NCBI GenBank assembly: GCA_038852315.1
Contig: JAWCKF010000005.1
Span: forward strand, 12,040-76,039
DNA length: 64,000 nt
From: Thermoplasmata archaeon
GTDB taxonomy: Archaea > Thermoplasmatota > Thermoplasmata > UBA10834
Reading direction: 5' to 3'
How positions within the stretch are numbered: the first letter of the stretch is position 1; each line of letters starts with the position of its first letter. The notes beneath the pieces are model-generated. The model did not search any database. It was given only the letters and a program-made list of their open reading frames with translations, and had not been told where the DNA came from. Of this stretch, positions 26,194-35,133 are shown one piece after another. Position numbers and translations under genes: made by a program.

Positions 26194-26697
26194 ATGGGTG
26201 TCGAGGACCACAGGGATAAGGCGCCTAAGAGCGTCCACTTCTCAGTGATAACCGTCAGCGATACCAGGACCGAGGTTGACGACATATCCGGAAAAATCAT
26301 CACGGACCTAATGACGAAGGCGGGACACGTGCTTACGACGAGGGCGATCGTCAGGGACGATGTATCCGATATCCAGAGGGCCTTGCGCGAGTCGCTCGAA
26401 GACGGAAACACGCAGGTCGTCATCCTGACAGGCGGGACGGGGGTGTCAAGGCGTGACCTGACGCTCGAGGCAGTCTCACACTTCCAAGAGAAGTCCCTGC
26501 CGGGTTTCGGTGAGCTGTTCCGTGCGCTGAGCTTCAAGGAGATAGGCGCAGCCGCAATCATGTCGCGGGCGACGGCCTTCGTCACGGAGGGCAAGGCGGT
26601 GTTCTGCCTTCCGGGCTCTGAGAGGGCTGTCAGGCTCGCCGTCGAGGAGCTGATCGCGCCAGAGGCGGGGCATATCGTGTGGGAGGCCAACAGATGA
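26194..26697 (+). CDS. moaB: Molybdenum cofactor biosynthesis protein B / MogA-family
   Basis: 167 aa. Pattern VITVSDTR...ILTGGTGVSRRD...PGSERAV. Confidence 0.85.
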   Translation: MGVEDHRDKAPKSVHFSVITVSDTRTEVDDISGKIITDLMTKAGHVLTTRAIVRDDVSDIQRALRESLEDGNTQVVILTGGTGVSRRDLTLEAVSHFQEKSLPGFGELFRALSFKEIGAAAIMSRATAFVTEGKAVFCLPGSERAVRLAVEELIAPEAGHIVWEANR

Positions 26698-27899
26698 GGC
26701 CCCTGAGAAAACTCATCCAGCTCGACGAGGCCCTCGCCCTGTGCCTCTCGCGTGTCAGACCAATCAGCAGGACAGAGGGCGTCCCTATCGAGGAGGCCGC
26801 AGGGAGAGTGTGTGCGCAGGACGTCGTGTCCAGTGTCAGCGTACCCCCATTCTCAAGGGCCGCCATGGATGGCTATGCCGTCCGTGCGGAGGACACATAT
26901 GGTGCTGGTAGGCTCAACCCAGTGAGTTTGAGGGTCAGCGAGGTCGTGTACGCCGGCGTCCTTCCGAAGACTCGCGTGAGGAAGGGCGTGTGCGCCGAGA
27001 TAGCAACGGGTGCGCCACTCCCGTGCGGCGCGGATGCGGTAGTGATGGTCGAGGACACGGAGAGGGAAGGCGCCCATGTCTTGGTCTATCAGGCTGTGCA
27101 TCCGGGAGAGAACGTCTCGCCCGAGGGCGAGGACATCTCTCGGGGCACGAGGCTGATAGCTGAGGGAGAGGTCATCAATCCAAGCAAAGTGGGCGCCATC
27201 GCGGCTACTGGTGTGCGGAAGGCCACTGTGTACGCGAAGCCGCTCGTAGCTGTCGTGCCCACGGGTAACGAGATAGCAGAGCCTGGTAGACGGCTCAGAC
27301 CAGGCCAGATCTACGACATAAACTCATACACGCTCTCCTCGATAATAGTTAGCAACGGGGGCACGGCCCGTCGCTGTTCCATCGCGAGCGACACCGTCAG
27401 AAGCCTGGGGCGCGCCCTCGAAGAAAACCTTGACTGTGACATCGTTGTGTTCTCAGGAGGGAGTTCCGTGGGTGAGAGGGACGTCATGCTGGATGTTCTG
27501 GAGAAGAGAGGCGAGGTGCTGTTTCACGGTGTGGCCGTGAAACCGGGCAAGCCCACAATCTTCGGAACGGTGGAGGACACGCTCGTGTTCGGCATGCCGG
27601 GCTACCCGACGTCGTGCCTCTCGAATGCATACCTGTTCCTAGCGCCTGTCATAAGACGGATGGCCCACCTGCCAGAGGCTAGAGACCGCACAGTCAAGGC
27701 CAAGATGTCGAAAAGGGTTGTCTCGACCACGGGGCGTGCGCAGTTCCTCCCGGTGAAGTTGGAGGGCGGGTCTGCGCAGCCCGTGTTCAAGGAGTCGGGT
27801 GCGATCACCAGCATGGCATTCGCTGACGGCTATGTCATGATTCCTTCGGATGTCGACCTCATAGAGAAAGGTGAGGAGGTGACCGTGCACCTCTTCTGA
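26694..27899 (+). CDS. moeA: Molybdopterin molybdenumtransferase
   Basis: ORF track 26679..27899. The ATG at 26694 overlaps the moaB stop (ATGA). Motifs are PPFSRAAMDGYAV, FSGGSSVGERD and GVAVKPGKP. Confidence 0.9.
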   Translation: MRPLRKLIQLDEALALCLSRVRPISRTEGVPIEEAAGRVCAQDVVSSVSVPPFSRAAMDGYAVRAEDTYGAGRLNPVSLRVSEVVYAGVLPKTRVRKGVCAEIATGAPLPCGADAVVMVEDTEREGAHVLVYQAVHPGENVSPEGEDISRGTRLIAEGEVINPSKVGAIAATGVRKATVYAKPLVAVVPTGNEIAEPGRRLRPGQIYDINSYTLSSIIVSNGGTARRCSIASDTVRSLGRALEENLDCDIVVFSGGSSVGERDVMLDVLEKRGEVLFHGVAVKPGKPTIFGTVEDTLVFGMPGYPTSCLSNAYLFLAPVIRRMAHLPEARDRTVKAKMSKRVVSTTGRAQFLPVKLEGGSAQPVFKESGAITSMAFADGYVMIPSDVDLIEKGEEVTVHLF

Positions 27900-27953
27900 C
27901 AAATCTCCGAGGCATGCTGAAATAGGCGGTGGGTGTTTCGCGGGCTGGAGCAC

Positions 27954-28814
27954 ATGAAAGAACTCGCTTTGAGGGCCATCTCGCGCGAGGACCTGCCTAA
28001 GGTCCTGGAAATCATAAACGCGGAGGGATGGAACTATACGATTGTCGAACTGGAGCGGATGCTTAGGCTCGATCCCGGTGGAAGCTTCTTGGCAGAGATG
28101 GACGGCCCGGTTGGGGTCGTGACCAGCGTCTCGTACAGTCGTACGGGCGTGATAGGCCATCTCGTGGTTTCAAGGCATGTCAGGGGAAGGAGGATAGGCC
28201 GGGCGCTGATGGAACGCGTGCTCGAGTACCTGGACAGCATGGGTGTCGAATCTACCTTGGTGTTCGCCACCGAGGAGGGCGTTCCCCTTTACAGGAAGCT
28301 CGGTTTTCGAGCGACAAGAGACGTCTTCTGTCTCAACGCGCACCTGCCCGCGCAGGTGCCTAGCGTGAGCACGAGCCATGTGCGCAGGTACGAAGACCGC
28401 GACCACGAGCAGGTGTTGACGATTGACGCCAGACTGTTCGGGGACGATAGGACGAAGCTCATGAACCTCCTGCTCTCCGAGAACCCTGATCAGACATATG
28501 TCATCGAGGCAGGCGGAACAATCTCTGGCTATGTCATGGCCCGTGGCGGTCCCCTGGGCTACGATCTCGGGCCATGGGTCTGCCTGACGGGAGATTCCAA
28601 AGATGCCGCCGCGCTGTTCACCAAAGCTGTCTCGGGTCTCGAGCGCGGCCTCCTCTTTCTGGGTGCATTCACAGAGAACCTTCACGCGATGGACATCGTT
28701 GGGCGTCTAGAGCCGTTCAGAAGCTGGCCCATCAAGCTCATGGTCAGAGGGGCGGAAAGGTACCCAGGTAGCATCCGCGAGACCTACGGGGTTGTTGGGT
28801 TCGAGCTCGGCTGA
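27954..28814 (+). CDS. GNAT-family N-acetyltransferase with C-terminal extension domain
   Basis: ORF track 27933..28814; ATG at 27954. Acetyl-CoA motif is VRGRRIGRALM. About 287 aa, so two domains. Confidence 0.7.
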   Translation: MKELALRAISREDLPKVLEIINAEGWNYTIVELERMLRLDPGGSFLAEMDGPVGVVTSVSYSRTGVIGHLVVSRHVRGRRIGRALMERVLEYLDSMGVESTLVFATEEGVPLYRKLGFRATRDVFCLNAHLPAQVPSVSTSHVRRYEDRDHEQVLTIDARLFGDDRTKLMNLLLSENPDQTYVIEAGGTISGYVMARGGPLGYDLGPWVCLTGDSKDAAALFTKAVSGLERGLLFLGAFTENLHAMDIVGRLEPFRSWPIKLMVRGAERYPGSIRETYGVVGFELG

Positions 28815-28835
28815 CCCCTAAGTAGTCAGGCCTCC

Positions 28836-29369
28836 TCAGTAGTCAGGCCTCTCACGTTTTGCATAGTAGATTATGTGCGTTTGCCTTCTATATCCTGCCT
28901 TCTCGAACAGGCGCATCGACGGCCGGTTGTCGGCCTCTATGTGTGCGCAGAAGAGCCGGCGCCCCCTTCTCCTAAAGACCCTCTCAAAGTGTTCAATCAT
29001 CGCGAGCGCCACCCCTTTCCTCCTGTGCGAGGGGTCCACAGCTAGCCGGTTGATCCATGCTCTTCGACCATCATCGCTCCCAATCGCTGCGGCGATCATC
29101 TTGCCATCGGCGAATGCGCCCACGAACATTTCGGGGTCCCGCGACAGCTGGAGTCTCAGCGAGGATATCCGATCGCGTCCCTTGGGCCGGAACGAGAGCC
29201 GTGCGCGCTTCCAAAGCTCGACCATGTCGCGCAGTTCGGATTCGGTCAGTTGGCGGATGGTGAAATTCCTGTTCACCAGCTGTTTAGTGGGCCCCTTGCT
29301 GCGCCTTGGTCCAATCCCAGTATCCACAGCCTTCGCGATCTCCTTGCAGCGCGAACTCGAAACCGACAA
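28836..29369 (-). CDS. GNAT-family N-acetyltransferase
   Basis: 177 aa in the ORF track. Acetyl-CoA motif is HRRKGVALAMI. An in-frame GTG at 29276 would give a more typical 146-aa GNAT starting (M)NRNFTIRQLTESE. Confidence 0.7.
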   Translation of the reverse strand: MSVSSSRCKEIAKAVDTGIGPRRSKGPTKQLVNRNFTIRQLTESELRDMVELWKRARLSFRPKGRDRISSLRLQLSRDPEMFVGAFADGKMIAAAIGSDDGRRAWINRLAVDPSHRRKGVALAMIEHFERVFRRRGRRLFCAHIEADNRPSMRLFEKAGYRRQTHIIYYAKRERPDY

Positions 29370-29381
29370 CGAAACACCCCG

Positions 29382-30215
29382 TCACAGAGGTCCTTCGTTC
29401 TTCGCGTAAGATGCGACCTGGTTCATGACCTCGAACACCTCGAAGGCCTGCAGCACGTCCTTCGCCCTGAACGATACAGTCTTGATGTCGACACGCTTCG
29501 TCATCGGGATCTTGGAAGCGTACTGGGCCATCAGAGGACGCTCGAACTCCACATCCATCCTGACGGGTCTCTTCACAACGAAAGGTCTGATACTGTCCCG
29601 TCGTTCGATGGCGACCTTCACGCCTTTCCTTATCAGGTCGCAGGCCCTTCGCGGAGTCAGCGTCCTGACAGCGTACAGCCCTATGCCGGTCTTCGTTGCG
29701 ACTCCCACGACGCCTCTTACAAGCTCCTTCGCCTGCCTCACCGCGTGTGCGTCTCCGGAAACGAACACCAAGGGCACACCGAAGTGTCCTGCCAGCGCTG
29801 CGCTGAGGCCAGATTCTCCAACCTTGACTCCGTTCAGCCACAGACCTGCGATGCTGTACGTGAAAGTGTGTCCCAGCGTGCCGGCATGTGTGTGCCTCAT
29901 CGAATGATAGCCTATCTGTATCGATGCCTCGAAGCTTGAGTCGATACCACTCATCATACCCAAGTCGTAAGGGTTGCCGTGGATGACCTCCACATCATCA
30001 TCCAGCTTCTCGGTCAGTATGTTTCTGCCCGTATCATGCGCGTCGCACACGAGTATCTCGTCAGCGCCAGCCGCTTTCGCCCCCTCTACTGCTGCCTGCA
30101 CCTCAGCCGTCATCAGCTCTCTCATGCGACCATAGTCGAACCCCTTGAGGTCCGTCTGTTCGTCGTGTGAGAGTACCGCGATACCCTCCATGTCGGCGGT
30201 GATGTGGACCTTCAT
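29382..30215 (-). CDS. M55-family D-aminopeptidase (DppA-like)
   Basis: 277 aa. The N-terminus MKVHITADMEGIA and the internal CDAHD...GNP pattern are typical of Peptidase_M55. Confidence 0.75.
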   Translation of the reverse strand: MKVHITADMEGIAVLSHDEQTDLKGFDYGRMRELMTAEVQAAVEGAKAAGADEILVCDAHDTGRNILTEKLDDDVEVIHGNPYDLGMMSGIDSSFEASIQIGYHSMRHTHAGTLGHTFTYSIAGLWLNGVKVGESGLSAALAGHFGVPLVFVSGDAHAVRQAKELVRGVVGVATKTGIGLYAVRTLTPRRACDLIRKGVKVAIERRDSIRPFVVKRPVRMDVEFERPLMAQYASKIPMTKRVDIKTVSFRAKDVLQAFEVFEVMNQVASYAKNEGPL

Positions 30216-30325
30216 GATATCGGCGCGGCATCTCAGTCTGGCGCTTTAAGCTTAGCCCACATATGCTCAGCAATGATATCCTGGTGAGAAGCCTTTAAGA
30301 GTCTCCCGCGGATTATGCGCTGGAG

Positions 30326-32251
30326 ATGAAGGACTGTCCTTTCCCGCCCTCTCGGCCGGAGGAACATCCTGAGAGGCGGCTTCAGTGCCTTTCCAGGATC
30401 TACGAGCTCACATCGAAGCTAATGGTCGTCGAGGACGTCGACAAGCTCCTGAAGAGAATCGCTGAATCGGTCAGGGAGATCTTCGGGTTCGACCTTGTAG
30501 GCATATCCATCCTGGACGACAAGGGCGAGTATTTCGTCCCGCACGCGCTCGCAGGATACTCGCCTGAGGAAGAGAAGGAGCTGGTCATGGCGCCTCGACT
30601 CTTCGCGAGGGAGTCCATACTGCGCGACTTCAGGCCAGACTGCAAGGTATCCAACATCGCGTATTATGTCCCCGCTGAGAAGCATGGAGCGCCTTCGTCT
30701 GAGTTTGTCGTTGTGAGAGACCGCAAGGCGGCCGAGCAGCCCCGGAGGTCGATGGATGCATGGCACGAGCTCGACCTGCTGTATTTCGCTCTCTTGAGCC
30801 GGAGAGGAGAGGTGATAGGCTACCTTCAGGTGGATTATCCGAAGGACGGCCTCATACCATCGGTCGAGACTATTGGCCTGATAGAACTCTTCGCCAACCT
30901 GGCGGCTGTCGCCATCGAGAACTCGAACATGTATCGGCGCACCCTAGACCTTCTGCAGGAGAACGAGGAGAAGGCCCAGCGGATTTTCAAGATACTCGAC
31001 CTCCTGAGGAGCGTCGTCAGAGTGGACGACATCGAGGTGGTACTCCAGAAGGTTTCCGATGCAATGGCCGCGACCTTCGAGTTCAGGAAGACCGGGGTTT
31101 CGCTGTTCTCGAAGAACTCCAACAGAGTCACGGTGCACTCCCTGACAGGATACACGCCCGAAGAGGAGCGCGCAGTCCGGTCTAGCGTGATCCTGAAGGA
31201 TAAGGTACTCGAGGATTTCAGAGAGGAGTTCAGGGTCACCAAGACCGGCTACTTCATTCCCGGGGAGCATCAGGGGAACGGGTCCTCGTTCGTGTTCATC
31301 GAGAATCCTAACAGGGCTCTTCAGCCAAGGAAGAGTCCGGACAGTTGGCATGAGCTGGATCTGCTCTACTTCGCCATGTATGACAGGAACGGCGAGATGC
31401 TGGGATACATACAGCTCGATTATCCGAAGAACGGCAAGATACCTACCAAGGAGACAATGGAGGCGATGGAGGCGTTCGCGAGCATCGCCACAATCGCGGT
31501 CGAGAACTCCAAGATATACACAGAGATGGAGGAGGCCAGGAATCAGGTCGGGATGTATCTGGACCTGCTTACACACGATGTCGCCAGCCTGATCAACCCT
31601 GTCAACGCCTACCTCGAGATGGTCATCAGCGCGACCGACGTCAGCCCGATACAACACAAGTACCTCACATCTGCGCAGGAGGCGGCCAGGAGCATCGCCC
31701 ACCTCGTCAGGAACGTCAGGAGGTCTGCCCAGATACTTGAGACCGCTGGGACACAGCTAGTGCCGATGAACATGACGAAGGCGATCAGGGACGCGGCGTA
31801 CGAAGCGAGGAACATCTTTCTTTCTAGAGAGATTGACCTTAGGCTGAGCCTTCCCGACCACGACGTCTATGTAATGGCTGACAACCTCCTGGGCGAGGTC
31901 GTCTACAACCTTCTGACTAACGCGATCAAGTACGATGAGCACGAGCAGGCCGTGGTCGACGTCGAGCTCACCGTGGTCGAACACGAAGGAAGGAGGTATG
32001 CTAAGGTGCGAGTCATCGACCGCGGCATAGGGATACCTGACGAACTCAAGGACAAGGTCTTCAGCCGAGAGTTCAAGAAGCTCTTGAAGCCGGACAGACC
32101 CATACTCCAGAAAGCCAGGGGCGCGGGTATGGGGCTGTCTTTGGTCAAAGCCCTCATCGAGCGCTACGGCGGGAAGATATGGGTCGAGAACAGGGTGTAC
32201 GACGACTACACCCGAGGCAGCGTGTTCGCTTTCATGGTGCCTATGCCATAA
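30326..32251 (+). CDS. Cytoplasmic sensor histidine kinase with two GAF domains
   Basis: 641 aa. The two GAF repeats each carry WHELDLLYFA...GY(L/I)Q(V/L)DYPK(D/N)G. H-box is THDVASLINP, G1 is DRGIGIP and G2 is GAGMGLSLV. Confidence 0.8.
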   Translation: MKDCPFPPSRPEEHPERRLQCLSRIYELTSKLMVVEDVDKLLKRIAESVREIFGFDLVGISILDDKGEYFVPHALAGYSPEEEKELVMAPRLFARESILRDFRPDCKVSNIAYYVPAEKHGAPSSEFVVVRDRKAAEQPRRSMDAWHELDLLYFALLSRRGEVIGYLQVDYPKDGLIPSVETIGLIELFANLAAVAIENSNMYRRTLDLLQENEEKAQRIFKILDLLRSVVRVDDIEVVLQKVSDAMAATFEFRKTGVSLFSKNSNRVTVHSLTGYTPEEERAVRSSVILKDKVLEDFREEFRVTKTGYFIPGEHQGNGSSFVFIENPNRALQPRKSPDSWHELDLLYFAMYDRNGEMLGYIQLDYPKNGKIPTKETMEAMEAFASIATIAVENSKIYTEMEEARNQVGMYLDLLTHDVASLINPVNAYLEMVISATDVSPIQHKYLTSAQEAARSIAHLVRNVRRSAQILETAGTQLVPMNMTKAIRDAAYEARNIFLSREIDLRLSLPDHDVYVMADNLLGEVVYNLLTNAIKYDEHEQAVVDVELTVVEHEGRRYAKVRVIDRGIGIPDELKDKVFSREFKKLLKPDRPILQKARGAGMGLSLVKALIERYGGKIWVENRVYDDYTRGSVFAFMVPMP

Positions 32252-32314
32252 TCCGCCGCATGTCCCAGGGAAACGATTTATATCTGGCCGTTTCATGCGA
32301 GGCGCGGGCAGAGA

Positions 32315-34123
32315 ATGCCGGTATCTCAAGAGGTTGCGGAGATAAAGAAGGCGACCGGAATAGTCGGCCGAGATAAGGAGCTGGAACGCGCTCTCGCGGC
32401 GATCAAATCAGGCAGACATCTCATGATCGAGGGACCAGTGGGCGTCGGCAAGACCATATTGGCCGTTGGCGTGGCCAGGCATCTTGGAAGGCCGGTGTTC
32501 CGTGTTGATGGGGACGAAAGATACACGGAGCAGAAGCTTTCTGGCTGGTTCGACCCCCCGATAGTGCTCGAGCGCGGTTACGTGCCTGAGGCGTTTATCC
32601 CAGGACCGCTCACGAGCGCCATGAGGGAGGGCGGCGTGCTGTTCATGAACGAGATGAACCGGATGCCTGAGGGAGTGCAGAACATCCTGCTGCCCGCCAT
32701 GGACGAAGGCATCATCGAGATACCCAAGATCGGCACGGTGCGGGCTAAGCCCGGTTTTGTCGTCATCGGCACACAGAACCCGCGCGAGTTCGTCGCGACG
32801 ACTGCTCTCTCGGAAGCCCTTTCTGACAGGTTCGAGCTCTTGCTGCTGGACTACCAGTCTGAGGAGGAGGAGCTCGAGATACTCTCGAGGAACTTCCCAT
32901 CAGCATCGTATGATCTCATCGCGAGGGCCGTCTGGATCACAAGGCGGACCAGGACCCACCCAAACATCAGGAGAGGGGCCAGCATCAGGGCAGCTATGAG
33001 CATGGTGCGCCTAGCCCCAACGTTCTCGGATGACTTGCTCGATGGCCTCAGAAAGGCAGCGCATATGGCTCTCCCCACAAGGATTGAGTTGCGCGAGGAG
33101 TCGAAGAAGAGCGCAGATGAGGTCATCGATGAGATAGTGAACGAGTGCTTCTCGCTGCCGCGTCCGGAGTCGGGGAGGCCGCTGAGCGGTGACAAGAAGG
33201 ATGAGGAGAAGAAGCGCAGGGAGGCCGATGAGGGCAGCGTGAGGCGCATGGATGTCACAGACCTCATGCATGTGCTGGAGCAGAGCGATGCAGGCGGCAT
33301 CGCGGCTGACGAAGACCTCGGCTGGGTCATAGCACAGAACTACACCCAGCTCAGGGCGGTCATAAGAGACCCTCTGCTCCTGGACATCGCGAAGAGGATC
33401 GCCATCCAGGCCACCATAAGGCGCGTGCTGCAGCTGCTCGGCCCTGTCTCTATGCCCAGCTGGCTCACACGTGCTGAGTACAGAGTAGGGGAGGACGCAG
33501 AGATAGACGTCGAATCCACGCTTGATGCGATGGTAGATAGGGGGCGCATCGACCCGTCCGAGATCGTCGTGGAGAGAAGGGAGCCAAGGAAGCTCGCAGT
33601 CGCCCTTATGCTGGACGCCAGTCTCTCCATGAGTGGCGACAAGCTCGCGATGGCTACCGCAGCAATCGCGGTGCTCGCTTTCAGACTGAAGACGGTGGAT
33701 TATCTGCTCATAACCTTCAACGACCGCCCCACAGTAATGAAGAAGCTCAAGGAGCCCAAGAGCTTGGACGACCTCATATCTGAGCTCTTAGATGCCAGGG
33801 CCAGTGGCTACACCAACATCGAGTGGGCCCTGTCGAAGGGACGCGAGGAATTGTCGTTTGCCGATACACGGAACAGGGTCGGAATAATCGTGACCGACGG
33901 CAATTTCACTGTTGGCGACGATCCCGCTGAGGCGGCATCGAAGTACAGACGACTCTTCGTTATCATGACTGAGAGCCACGACTGCCAGCCCGCTCTCTGT
34001 GAGAGCATGGCTAGGCGAGGTGGGGGCAGGATGTTCTCCGTCGGCAGTTTCGACGAGATCCCGAGGGTGCTCTACAGAGTATTGCGGATGGTCTCGCAGG
34101 GTTTTCCGAGCCAGTCCAAATGA
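32315..34123 (+). CDS. AAA+ (MoxR/ChlI-like) ATPase fused to a C-terminal von Willebrand factor A domain (ChlD-like architecture)
   Basis: 602 aa. Walker A is GPVGVGKT and Walker B is VLFMNEMN. A charged linker (DKKDEEKKRREADEG) follows. The VWA MIDAS motif is DASLSMSG. Confidence 0.7.
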   Translation: MPVSQEVAEIKKATGIVGRDKELERALAAIKSGRHLMIEGPVGVGKTILAVGVARHLGRPVFRVDGDERYTEQKLSGWFDPPIVLERGYVPEAFIPGPLTSAMREGGVLFMNEMNRMPEGVQNILLPAMDEGIIEIPKIGTVRAKPGFVVIGTQNPREFVATTALSEALSDRFELLLLDYQSEEEELEILSRNFPSASYDLIARAVWITRRTRTHPNIRRGASIRAAMSMVRLAPTFSDDLLDGLRKAAHMALPTRIELREESKKSADEVIDEIVNECFSLPRPESGRPLSGDKKDEEKKRREADEGSVRRMDVTDLMHVLEQSDAGGIAADEDLGWVIAQNYTQLRAVIRDPLLLDIAKRIAIQATIRRVLQLLGPVSMPSWLTRAEYRVGEDAEIDVESTLDAMVDRGRIDPSEIVVERREPRKLAVALMLDASLSMSGDKLAMATAAIAVLAFRLKTVDYLLITFNDRPTVMKKLKEPKSLDDLISELLDARASGYTNIEWALSKGREELSFADTRNRVGIIVTDGNFTVGDDPAEAASKYRRLFVIMTESHDCQPALCESMARRGGGRMFSVGSFDEIPRVLYRVLRMVSQGFPSQSK

Positions 34124-34321
34124 GTCTCGTGACTTGCGCGTCAAGGGTATGACTCATTGGCCAGTGCTGTAACATCGAGCGGTGAGCTCGGCGTCTCAAG
34201 GGTGGTATATTAGGTTTTTGTCCTTTCGCGAACTCTCAAACCTCCTCCCAAGCAACGGTTATATATGGCATCCTTGCGAAATCACATACAATCTTCCCCC
34301 CTCCCCCCTTTTTTATGATAT

Positions 34322-34349
34322 CATTCTGTTCTCAGCATTCTGTTCTCAG
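34322..34349. repeat. Perfect tandem direct repeat, 2 x 14 bp (CATTCTGTTCTCAG)
   Basis: Read directly. It is preceded by the pyrimidine tract CTTCCCCCCTCCCCCCTTTTTT (34293-34314). It lies in the 396-bp intergenic region upstream of pdaD. Confidence 0.9.
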
Positions 34350-34519
34350 TCTACGGCTGATTCCCGATCGGATGTCTAGTGCGTCTCGATTGCGCCTATC
34401 CGAGAGTCCTCGCATTTCGGGTGCTGCCTCGCTCGCATGCATCGTGAGCGATGGTGAGCACACGCTCCTCGAGCTGCGCGACATAGGTTTAAGAAGTCAT
34501 CTCACCTAACAATGCATTC

Positions 34520-35128
34520 ATGCAGATAGTTCCGAAGAAGCTCTTCTTCACCAAGGGTGTGGGCAGACACAAAGAGCAGCTGCAATCGTTCGAGCTTGCG
34601 CTCCGCGACGCAGGCATCGAGAAGTACAACATCGTCTCAGTATCGAGCATACTGCCGCCAGGATGTCAGATCGTCTCGAGGGAGGAGGGTCTGCGGGAAC
34701 TTTCGCCAGGGCAGATTCTCTTCGTGGTCATGGCAAGAGCTGCCACGAACGAACCCAACAGGATGGTCGCTGCTTCTATCGGCTGCGCGATACCCGCGGA
34801 TGGTGCACAGTACGGGTACCTTTCCGAGCACCACACTTACGGTCAGAACGCAGAGATCGCTGGCCACTACGCGGAGGACCTGGCTGTAACTATGCTCGCA
34901 ACGAAGCTGGGCATCACATTCGATGCTGAGAGGGATTGGGACGAGAGGGAGAAGCAATACAAGACCAGTGGCGGCATCGTGAAGTCGCTGAATGTCACCA
35001 AATCGGCCGAGGGCGACAAGAGCGGCATGTGGGTCACCGTGATAGCAGCGGCGGTTTTCGTTACCACTAACGATGCTCGGAATGACAGTCCTAACAGGAC
35101 GGGGCGGGACGAGCTCAGAAGGGAGTGA
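34520..35128 (+). CDS. pdaD: Pyruvoyl-dependent arginine decarboxylase
   Basis: 202 aa. The N-terminus [15 protein letters not shown] and the self-cleavage context [11 protein letters not shown] are typical of PdaD. It has about 35 aa of C-terminal extension relative to my recollection of typical PdaD length. Confidence 0.85.
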   Translation: MQIVPKKLFFTKGVGRHKEQLQSFELALRDAGIEKYNIVSVSSILPPGCQIVSREEGLRELSPGQILFVVMARAATNEPNRMVAASIGCAIPADGAQYGYLSEHHTYGQNAEIAGHYAEDLAVTMLATKLGITFDAERDWDEREKQYKTSGGIVKSLNVTKSAEGDKSGMWVTVIAAAVFVTTNDARNDSPNRTGRDELRRE

Positions 35129-35133
35129 ATCAG

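Noticed and set aside
34315-34372. Possible C/D-box sRNA of about 55 nt: ATGATAT (C-like) ... CTGA (D-like), spanning the 14-bp tandem repeat.
   Set aside because: The C box matches only 5 of 7 positions. I found no convincing internal D'/C' boxes and no terminal stem. The guide regions would be the duplicated repeat, which is atypical.
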